Virus record (IMG/VR): IMGVR_UViG_3300046018_000239
Coordinates: 1-63,997 of that record
Reading direction: 5' to 3' (one strand)
Length of the DNA: 63,997 bases
Source of the DNA: a virus
Lineage: Duplodnaviria > Caudoviricetes
Positions 8,735 to 15,936 of this stretch are shown here, piece after piece (the stretch's first letter is position 1; every line of letters starts with the position of its first letter). A program made the translations under genes and the position numbers. A model generated the notes under the pieces. That model made no database searches and was not told the origin of the DNA. It was given only the letters and a program-made list of their open reading frames with translations.

Positions 8735-9512
8735 CCAGGGCAGTCCACCAACCACCGGCTTGCGGCCAGTGAGCGTCGATCTAATCACTGGCGATTGCAT
8801 GTCTTGCCTGTGGGACCGCGGGCCGTTCGACATGATCCTCGCCGATCCGCCTTATGGCGATACTTCGCTGGCCTGGGATCAGCACGTTCGCGGCTGGGAA
8901 GCGGTCGCGCATGACCTGCTGAAGCCGAGCGGTTCCATGTGGGTATTCGGCAGCATGCGCTTCTTCATGGCAACGGCCGAGCGGTTTGCTGCAGCCGGCT
9001 GGCGGTATGCCCAGGACGTTGTGTGGGAAAAGCACAACGGATCGGGCTTTCAGGCCGACCGCTTCAAGCGGGTGCATGAACACGCAATCCAGTTCTACCG
9101 GGCCGATGCGCCATGGTCCGGCGTCTGGAACGAGGTCCAGGTGACGCGGGACGCGGTGCAGCGGTCGGTGAAGCGGAAGAAGGGGCGGCCTGCCCACATG
9201 GGCAACATCGACCAGGCGCCCTATGCGAGCGAGGATGGCGGCCCGCGCATCATGCGCAGCGTCATCCCCATGCGTTCCTGCCACGGCATCGCCATTCATC
9301 CGACTGAGAAGCCGGTAGGGCTGCTGCAGTTGCTGGTCCGGTCCTCCTGCCCGCCGGGCGGGACGGTAGGCGACCTGTTCGCCGGCTCCGGTGCTGGCGG
9401 CGAAGCATGCGCCTCTGCAGGCCGCTCCTACGTGGGCACCGAGATTGACCCGGTGATGGCCGACAAGGCCCGCGCCCGGCTGGCCGGCAACCTGTTTGGA
9501 GCAGCAGCATGA
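8724..9512 (+). CDS. Beta-class N6/N4 DNA methyltransferase (array gene 4)
   Basis: GDC, DPPY, WEK, HPTEKP and DLFAGSG in beta order; GGAGG upstream of ATG 8724; alternative GTG at 8769. Confidence 0.93.
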   Translation: MPNDQGSPPTTGLRPVSVDLITGDCMSCLWDRGPFDMILADPPYGDTSLAWDQHVRGWEAVAHDLLKPSGSMWVFGSMRFFMATAERFAAAGWRYAQDVVWEKHNGSGFQADRFKRVHEHAIQFYRADAPWSGVWNEVQVTRDAVQRSVKRKKGRPAHMGNIDQAPYASEDGGPRIMRSVIPMRSCHGIAIHPTEKPVGLLQLLVRSSCPPGGTVGDLFAGSGAGGEACASAGRSYVGTEIDPVMADKARARLAGNLFGAAA

Positions 9513-9838
9513 CAGACAAGGCAGACAGTCCGGCAACCACCCCGCAGCCCATCGGGCCGCACACGGTTACGGTGCTGGGCTCGATTTGGCGGCCTAGCGC
9601 TCCATGGGCGGGGCTGGATTTCTCGCGCGCCAAGCTGCGCGACACCTCGATCTGGGGCGATGACTACCACCTGAACGTTCCGTGGTGCCATCCGAGCGAT
9701 CAGGACGAGACGTGGGGCACGCCGGCCTATGAGCCGGATTGCTGGTATCGCGTTCGCCCGCGCCGGAAAAGCTGGCGCTTCGTTCAGGTTGATGGCGTGT
9801 GGATGGTCGCGGAAAGGGAGCCTGCCAATGCCAAGTGA
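9509..9838 (+). CDS. Hypothetical protein (array gene 5)
   Basis: ATGA overlap, GGAG RBS; Trp-rich. Confidence 0.75.
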   Translation: MTDKADSPATTPQPIGPHTVTVLGSIWRPSAPWAGLDFSRAKLRDTSIWGDDYHLNVPWCHPSDQDETWGTPAYEPDCWYRVRPRRKSWRFVQVDGVWMVAEREPANAK

Positions 9839-10118
9839 CGACCAGAAGACGACGCCTAGGCACGCCTTAAATGCAGTGCGTGTGGCCAGCGATCCGTCTC
9901 CAGTGGTCCTACTGACCGCCTCGGCCGACGACGCGCTGCTGATGATTGCAATCGAGGCTGAGGTAATCCAGCGCGACAACGGCGCTCGCATCCGGGGTTC
10001 TTTCGGCTGGGAGGAGGCGCGTCGATTTGCCGAGGGGATGCTGGTCGTTGTGGCCGATGCGGAGGAGCGCAGCCGCGAGCGGGACCGCCAGAGATTGGAG
10101 GACGACAATGCCGAATGA
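9828..10118 (+). CDS. Hypothetical protein (array gene 6)
   Basis: GGGAG RBS; 11-nt overlap with the upstream gene. Confidence 0.7.
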   Translation: MPSDDQKTTPRHALNAVRVASDPSPVVLLTASADDALLMIAIEAEVIQRDNGARIRGSFGWEEARRFAEGMLVVVADAEERSRERDRQRLEDDNAE

Positions 10119-10374
10119 CGCACCAGCCCAGCAATCGACCCCGGATCGTGGCCGGATGCACGACTTTGCGGAGTGGAAGCGGCGGCAGAATTTCAATGTG
10201 CCGTCGCCCGGTCCACGCCCCGCCGACACCGCCCACTTCGATGTTCGCCGCTCCTGGGCGATGGATAAGTGCCTCTGGCGGATGGCCGAGGCGCAGACCC
10301 CGCAAGCTTACGACGACGCGCAGCGCGACTGGCTGACGGTCACGATGAGGAAGGAGCCTGCCAATGTCGAGTGA
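10108..10374 (+). CDS. Hypothetical protein (array gene 7)
   Basis: GGAGG RBS; 11-nt overlap. Confidence 0.7.
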   Translation: MPNDAPAQQSTPDRGRMHDFAEWKRRQNFNVPSPGPRPADTAHFDVRRSWAMDKCLWRMAEAQTPQAYDDAQRDWLTVTMRKEPANVE

Positions 10375-10624
10375 TCCCCAGCAAACCACCGACGAAGGCC
10401 CGACCCCGGCGCCGCGCATCGGGCGTCTGAACGGGGCGCCGCCCTACCGGGCATGGGAATTGCGGGCCGACCGACGCGCTGGTGGGCCATGGGGCATCCA
10501 GTGCGCTGGCGGGTTTAACTGCGTGTCCGGGCTGGGTGGCTCCACGTTCCTGCCGTCGCAAGCTGCGGCAGAGGCGATGATCCGCTCGCACGGGCATGAG
10601 CCGATGGAGCCGACGCATGGCTAA
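10364..10624 (+). CDS. Hypothetical protein (array gene 8)
   Basis: AAGGAG RBS; 11-nt overlap. Confidence 0.7.
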   Translation: MSSDPQQTTDEGPTPAPRIGRLNGAPPYRAWELRADRRAGGPWGIQCAGGFNCVSGLGGSTFLPSQAAAEAMIRSHGHEPMEPTHG

Positions 10625-10651
10625 CCAGCCCCAGCCCACCCGGCCCTGATT

Positions 10652-10688
10652 GAAGAAGCCCCGCCGGAGTGACCGGCGGGGCTTTCTG
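10652..10688. terminator. Bidirectional intrinsic terminator
   Basis: 12-bp stem AAGCCCCGCCGG / CCGGCGGGGCTT with a 5-nt loop, between convergent operons. Confidence 0.85.
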
Positions 10689-10808
10689 CGTCTGGCCTGC
10701 TGCCCTTGCCACCGTGCCAGTCGGGATGAGCCAGCGCGGCGGTAGGGGGTGCAGGTCGCCACCAGCGTCTCAGATCGGCGGCGCGCGGGCTTGGGGGTGC
10801 AGGCGCAT

Positions 10809-11522
10809 CTACGCCTCCCGCACCGCGAGGTGGTCGCGCAACGCCGCAGGGTTCCAGCGCATCACGGCCTCGGCCCGCACCGTGAGCCGGGCGGCACCAG
10901 CCCGCCAGCGGTGGGCAGCGCCACCAGCCCGCGCCGTCGCGGCCGAGTGGCCCAGCACCCGGAGCATGGCCCGGTGCAGGTCGCCTACCAGCACCCGGCC
11001 GGCGCGGTGGACCTGCGCGGCCGAGAATGCCTCGGGGAAGGCCAGCGCCAGGATATGCGCGTCCTCGTCCTCCTCGAACCAGCCGGCCAGCCCGGCGCCG
11101 TCGTGCGTCGCGGCCTGCACGTCCTCCGGGATCGTGGCCAGCAGCAGCCCGGCGACGTGGAATCCCCCGTGGCCAGCGCACCCGTAGCGCGTCAGGCCCG
11201 GCGCGTAGGACCACGCCATCTGCGCCTTTCCCCATGGCGTCGAGCGACCTGGCTGCCGGTCCACCGGGTAGCGCGCCCGCGCCGTGGTCCCGTCAGCCAG
11301 GGTCCATTGCGCCGAACCAGTGGCCAGGGGCAGGAAGTCGGCGGCCCAGGAGCGCGCCGCGTCCTCCTCCGGGTGCATCTCCAGCAGCTGCGCCAGCGTG
11401 CGCTCCACCGGCGCCACGCCGCGCGCCTCCAGCACCAGCAGCGTATCGCCCTCGCCCGGCGCCAGGGTACGCGAGAGGGGCCAGCGCGTGGACGGCTGGC
11501 GGAGATCGACGAGCATGTTCAT
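10809..11522 (-). CDS. DUF7007-like protein
   Basis: TPWG.AQ, GHGGF and WFEED...FP motifs; ATGA overlap at 11522. Confidence 0.7.
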   Translation of the reverse strand: MNMLVDLRQPSTRWPLSRTLAPGEGDTLLVLEARGVAPVERTLAQLLEMHPEEDAARSWAADFLPLATGSAQWTLADGTTARARYPVDRQPGRSTPWGKAQMAWSYAPGLTRYGCAGHGGFHVAGLLLATIPEDVQAATHDGAGLAGWFEEDEDAHILALAFPEAFSAAQVHRAGRVLVGDLHRAMLRVLGHSAATARAGGAAHRWRAGAARLTVRAEAVMRWNPAALRDHLAVREA

Positions 11523-11851
11523 GGGGTGGTTCCCTTCGCTGCGGCGACTGCGGCCTTCGCTGCCTGCATCCGCTCGTCGCTGATGATGTACGCGGTCGTG
11601 CCGGCCGGGCCGGTCATGCTTGGGCTGCGCGTGAGCCACTCCAGCGCCTCCAGCAGCGCGGGCGCGGCCGCGATCAGCCGGGCGTTGGCGTCGTCCTCGG
11701 CCCGCTTCCAGCCGCGAACCATGGTGCAGATCGGGTAAAGCGTCGTGCCGTTCTCGAACCGCATGCGGCCTTCGCCGGTCATGAAGATCGAGCCTTCGCC
11801 ATTCCCCTCGCCCATGTGCCACGGGCCGGGCGTGTGCTGGTCCTGCGGCAT
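11519..11851 (-). CDS. Conserved phage hypothetical protein
   Basis: HTPGPW...ANARLIAAAPALLEAL pattern; TGATG overlap. Confidence 0.85.
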   Translation of the reverse strand: MPQDQHTPGPWHMGEGNGEGSIFMTGEGRMRFENGTTLYPICTMVRGWKRAEDDANARLIAAAPALLEALEWLTRSPSMTGPAGTTAYIISDERMQAAKAAVAAAKGTTP

Positions 11852-12264
11852 CACGCGTCCTCGCTTTCGTCTTCGGGCTGGGGCACCCACACCCAGGCGG
11901 CTACCCAGAAGCCGTCATCGGCATGGGAGACCAGCGCGTCTTCGTCGATCTGCGTCTCGGTCGGATCGTCGATCCGGTCGCGTGCCGCCTCGCGCTCTGC
12001 CTCGGTCGCCAGCAGCGTGGACTCGTGCATGAACGGGTACAGCCCGTCGATCAGGTCCTCCTCGTCGAGGTAGAACGGTTCTGCCGCTTCGGGCTGGAGG
12101 CAGAACTGCAAGCCCTGCGGCGCTGGCAGGATGGCCACGCTTTCGACCATGCAGATGGCGCCGGCCGATATCAGCACCTCGTTGCCCTTGGGGTCCGTGG
12201 TGCCGAAGTCGGCGGTCAGGCGAACCTTGTCGCCTGCCATCGGGATGCGGGTTCCGATCGGCAT
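11851..12264 (-). CDS. Hypothetical protein
   Basis: TGATG overlap; acidic C-terminal IDEDALVS..DDGFWVAAWVWV motif. Confidence 0.75.
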   Translation of the reverse strand: MPIGTRIPMAGDKVRLTADFGTTDPKGNEVLISAGAICMVESVAILPAPQGLQFCLQPEAAEPFYLDEEDLIDGLYPFMHESTLLATEAEREAARDRIDDPTETQIDEDALVSHADDGFWVAAWVWVPQPEDESEDA

Positions 12265-12770
12265 CACGCGCCCCCCTCGGAGTTGGCGACGGCTTCCGCC
12301 AGCACCTGGACGGCTTGGGCGAGGTTGCCGGTTTCCCACAGGGAGACCACGCACTTCGCCGCAGTCAGCAGGTCTTGAAGCGTCTCCATCGCGTCCTCCG
12401 CGTCGTCGATGGCGCGGCCCGTCTCGCGGTCCTGGCTGTCCTCGTTCAGCGCCGGGCAGTCCAGCAGGGCGCGGAATGCCTGCACCATGCCGGCCTGCGG
12501 CTGGTCGATATCGCCATCCTCGATGGCGGCCTCGATGATCCACTTGTCGTCAGGGATGGTTTCGCTGCGCGGGTCACGGTCGCCAGCCAGCAGCCGCGCC
12601 GCCTCCAAGATGTGGGTCAGGTTGTTGTCGGCGTAGGCGTCCTCATAGGTCGCCGCCACCTCGCCGGCCGCGTCCACGATCTCCAGCTTCAGCAGCACGC
12701 CGCTACCGCCATCGGCGCGTATCTGGCGCACCGTGTAGGCCGGCGGCGGTTCCAGGGGTGTCTCGGGCAT
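12264..12770 (-). CDS. Hypothetical acidic protein
   Basis: AAGGAGG upstream of ATG 12770. Confidence 0.75.
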   Translation of the reverse strand: MPETPLEPPPAYTVRQIRADGGSGVLLKLEIVDAAGEVAATYEDAYADNNLTHILEAARLLAGDRDPRSETIPDDKWIIEAAIEDGDIDQPQAGMVQAFRALLDCPALNEDSQDRETGRAIDDAEDAMETLQDLLTAAKCVVSLWETGNLAQAVQVLAEAVANSEGGA

Positions 12771-12851
12771 GGGGTAGTCCTCCTTCAGCGGGCGTGATGC
12801 CGGCCTTCGCCTTCCCCGGCACCGCACGGGCGCCGGGTGGGGTGAGGGTCG

Positions 12852-12989
12852 TCAGGCTTGGGGCTTGCGAGCGATGCAGAACGAGAAGCGGAGCCGGCCA
12901 AGGGCCAGGAACCGGATGCCGCCGACGCGGCGGTAGCTGAACAGCCGAGGGCGCGGGGCGGGCTGGAAGGAGGTGCCGTCGAAGGGCAT
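12852..12989 (-). CDS. 45-aa basic protein not in the ORF track (MPFDGTSFQPAPRPRLFSYRRVGGIRFLALGRLRFSFCIARKPQA)
   Basis: Translated by hand; GGAGG RBS and TGATG overlap with the upstream gene. Confidence 0.7.
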   Translation of the reverse strand: MPFDGTSFQPAPRPRLFSYRRVGGIRFLALGRLRFSFCIARKPQA

Positions 12990-13306
12990 CACGCGGCCTC
13001 CAGCGTGGCGAAGAATGCGTCGCGGCTGGCGATGCCGGCGGCGCGCAACTCGCGTGCTACCTGCGCCAAGTTCCGCCCGGCAAAGCGGTCAGCCGCAGCC
13101 TTGGCACTCTCGCCGAGATAGCGGGGCAGGTTGGCGGCCAGCTTCGGGGTGCGCTCCGCACGCCGCACCAAGGCAGCAGCAACCGCGTCCCCATCGTACA
13201 TCTCGAAGCACGTATCGAAGTGGCGCGTCGCTTCCCCGCGCCGGCATATCGTCGCTGCGGCGTGGTTGACGCGCGCGGCGAAGTCCTCGGGATCGTACAC
13301 GCCCAT
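12989..13306 (-). CDS. Hypothetical protein
   Basis: TGATG overlap at 13306; AGGAG RBS. Confidence 0.7.
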   Translation of the reverse strand: MGVYDPEDFAARVNHAAATICRRGEATRHFDTCFEMYDGDAVAAALVRRAERTPKLAANLPRYLGESAKAAADRFAGRNLAQVARELRAAGIASRDAFFATLEAA

Positions 13307-13542
13307 CAGCGGGGTGCTCCCTGCTTGGGCGCGGGGACGACGCGGTACTCGATCAGCCGGCCATCGGTGTAGGCCGGGACCAACTCGCGGGCGCGCTCCA
13401 GCGCCGCCCAAGCCGCGTCAGGCGTCTCGAACCGCATCGCATGGGCGGGCGAGATGCCGCAGCAGGTGCCCCAGCGGGCATCCCAGCCGTTCAGGTAGTC
13501 GGTGATCGTGGCGTGGCGGGCGACGAGGTAGTGCTGGGCCAT
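13306..13542 (-). CDS. Hypothetical protein
   Basis: AAGGAGG RBS. Confidence 0.7.
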   Translation of the reverse strand: MAQHYLVARHATITDYLNGWDARWGTCCGISPAHAMRFETPDAAWAALERARELVPAYTDGRLIEYRVVPAPKQGAPR

Positions 13543-13546
13543 CGTC

Positions 13547-13789
13547 TCAGCCCTCCTTGCCGGCGCAGCCGGAGGTGTCCAGGCCGAGGCGCTTGCCGGC
13601 CGCCGCCAGCCACTCGTTGGCGGTCATGGTCGCCTGCCACGTATTGGCCAGCGCCTCTGTGGCGGCCTTGCCAGCCTCGCCCTCGGGGGAACCGGGCATC
13701 AGCGCCGCAAGCTGCTCGCCGAGGTGGACCACCAGGGTTTCGTAGTCGCCCTCGGTGATGCGGGTCATGGGGGTGTTCGCGTAGGCCAT
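13547..13789 (-). CDS. Hypothetical protein, first of the leftward cassette
   Basis: ATG start; tiles with the downstream genes. Confidence 0.7.
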   Translation of the reverse strand: MAYANTPMTRITEGDYETLVVHLGEQLAALMPGSPEGEAGKAATEALANTWQATMTANEWLAAAGKRLGLDTSGCAGKEG

Positions 13790-13839
13790 GGTGGAAGGTC
13801 ATCCCGTTTTCTAGCCGGGCATCCAGATGGTTGCCCTAG

Positions 13840-13950
13840 ACCGAAGGAAACACCCTACAGGATACCTACGTCAACAGAAAAACACCTGACGGTTCACCAC
13901 AATCTGTGAAATCCGCAGAAAATCGCCAAATATGCTTGCATCTCTTTCCG
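13840..13950. promoter_or_regulatory. AT-rich divergent promoter region
   Basis: TTGACG on - at 13875-13870; AT-rich non-coding stretch between divergent genes. Confidence 0.4.
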
Positions 13951-14074
13951 ATTCGCAGTCAGCCTCCGGCCACACTGAGGCATCTATGAGCGGGAGAGGC
14001 GAGGGGGCAGGGGGAGTGGAGAGGGAGTTCACCTCCATCACTTCCCAAGACCATCCCTAGACTCCTTCGCCCGC

Positions 14075-14770
14075 GTGAGGCTGGGATGCCTTCACCACCT
14101 CACCACACCGCGTAGGACCACCTACCGCCGGCCAGCCACCTCCAGGCAGAGGCAGGCACCCACCACCACACCAGCGGGACCACCAGCCCCCAAACCCCAG
14201 GCGGCAAAACCCGTGACAGTCCAACGCCCACGCACCAACACACCCCGCAAAATAGGCACCTCCCAAGCCAACGGAGGGAAGGCGAACCGCCCGTTGCCGC
14301 AGCGAAACGCCACCGTTTCCTCGGAAACAGCGGTTTCTCCCTCCGCTAAGGCCCTGGCACAGCACGTTTTCACCTCTGCGGAGGACAGAACGGCGGCTGA
14401 AGCTATGGAAAGCGACCTGCCCGCCGTGATGCAGGCGGTACTCGACGGGGCGAAGATGGCTGGCACACCCGGCCGGGCCGACCGCGATTTCCTGGGCAAG
14501 CTGCTGCAGCTACCGGGGTTCAAGGGTGCCGCCGCCGCTACTGCCACCAGGGCCACGGACCTGCGGGCGCTGGGCGATCGGCTGGAGCGGGCATTGGGTT
14601 CGGCCGGCGGCAGGGGTGACGCCAGGCTGGAGGGTCGGCCGGTGGTGGACGTGGCGCCGGATGGCAGCCTCGCACCGCCGGTCGCTCCCTCCTCGAAGGC
14701 GGTTCCGGCCCTGTCTGGTCGCGTTGCGGTCACGCCGGGCAAGCCGGCTCGGGTCAAGCTGCCGTTCTAG
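14075..14770 (+). CDS. Hypothetical protein, candidate terminase small subunit (start uncertain, GTG 14213 possible)
   Basis: Helical core (ESDLPAVMQAVLDGAK...DRDFLGKLL) and position upstream of TerL; the function is positional inference only. Confidence 0.45.
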   Translation: MRLGCLHHLTTPRRTTYRRPATSRQRQAPTTTPAGPPAPKPQAAKPVTVQRPRTNTPRKIGTSQANGGKANRPLPQRNATVSSETAVSPSAKALAQHVFTSAEDRTAAEAMESDLPAVMQAVLDGAKMAGTPGRADRDFLGKLLQLPGFKGAAAATATRATDLRALGDRLERALGSAGGRGDARLEGRPVVDVAPDGSLAPPVAPSSKAVPALSGRVAVTPGKPARVKLPF

Positions 14771-15140
14771 GCCGACTTCGGGCGGTAGCGCCCATGTTGA
14801 GGGAACAAGAGCGCTACCCAAGGCAGGCCCGAGGAGGGATCGGCAGGGGTAGGGCAGGGCAGGTCGAGGGGCGGCGGCAGGGGAGGAGGAGGGCAGAGGC
14901 AGGCGGCAGCCTCGGCCGCGACCGCCTCGGCGGGCCGGGCCGGGCCGCCCCCCCGGCAGATCGAAGTGCGGGGGGGAGTGGGTCGTTGAAATGCACCCCC
15001 TCCTAAATTCTTTCCTTCCGGCATGCGGCGCACATGCCCCCCGGGGTGGTGGTGCTTCTGGCGAGAGTGCGCTGGCTCAAATCTGAATATTTTTCTGGCG
15101 CCGCGATCATGCGGGGCTGTGTGAGAGAGGCATCCCCCTG

Positions 15141-15518
15141 ATGTCTGGTGCAGCGACGACTTGGTGCCCTTCCTGCAACCGAGGGCCTGACTATGAGTGC
15201 AATCGGGACCCGTGCGGGAAGTGGGGGCGTGTGGTGTCGAACTATCCGCCGCCGGTGGGCTGCATCTGCCCGCCTGGCGCAAACAAGGACTGCGAGGCGC
15301 CGCTGTGCCCGCGGAAGCCGCTGCGCATGACGAGCGCGGTGGCGACGGCGTTGACGGGTGACGACGCGCTGAAGGCTGCGAGGTGGCTGGTGCCGCCGCA
15401 GGCCCGCAAGGCGTGCGCGCATGGCTTCGACGAACTCTGCCCGGAGGATGAGGGCTATTGCGGGCAGGGTGGTTCCTGCGTGGTGCTGGGCCGGCGCGCT
15501 GCGGGGAGCAAGGACTGA
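15141..15518 (+). CDS. Cys-rich hypothetical protein
   Basis: GAGG RBS; 12 Cys in three groups of four; TGATG overlap with the next gene. Confidence 0.6.
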   Translation: MSGAATTWCPSCNRGPDYECNRDPCGKWGRVVSNYPPPVGCICPPGANKDCEAPLCPRKPLRMTSAVATALTGDDALKAARWLVPPQARKACAHGFDELCPEDEGYCGQGGSCVVLGRRAAGSKD

Positions 15519-15715
15519 TGGCTGCCCATGCTCTGCAGTTTGGTGGCGCTCGCATCACTCCCATTGACCTGCTTGAGCGAACACCGCGGGAAATGGAGCA
15601 GTTGGTGGACTGGCTGAAGTGCCGGCAGATGGAAGGCACCGAACCGCGACGCGTTGGCTTGAGCGCCTTTGGCAAACCGATCTACCGCGTGCGAGCGGTG
15701 GGTGTTGCGGTATGA
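15518..15715 (+). CDS. Hypothetical protein
   Basis: TGATG and ATGA overlaps at both ends. Confidence 0.55.
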   Translation: MAAHALQFGGARITPIDLLERTPREMEQLVDWLKCRQMEGTEPRRVGLSAFGKPIYRVRAVGVAV

Positions 15716-15936
15716 GCGACAATATCGACACGGAAAGTTGGCCGCCGGCAGATGCTTGGTACCCGGCGCCGCAGCAGGCTACTCGCCGTGGGGAAGTGCG
15801 AATGGAGGCGACGGGTTGCGCGGGCGGCCGTCCTTGCATTTGGGCGCCGATGGCCATGAGGAACAGCCTTATTCCCCGGCCAAGGTGCGCTTGCTTGGAA
15901 GGTGAAGTGCTCGCGCGAGTGTTAGGCGGGCTGTAA
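15712..15936 (+). CDS. Hypothetical protein
   Basis: ATGA overlap upstream; TAATG overlap with terL. Confidence 0.5.
   Translation: MSDNIDTESWPPADAWYPAPQQATRRGEVRMEATGCAGGRPCIWAPMAMRNSLIPRPRCACLEGEVLARVLGGL

Noticed and set aside
14847-14859. Overlapping KOPS-like octamers GGGNAGGG
   Set aside because: Expected by chance in a G-rich tract; no dif-like site was recognised.
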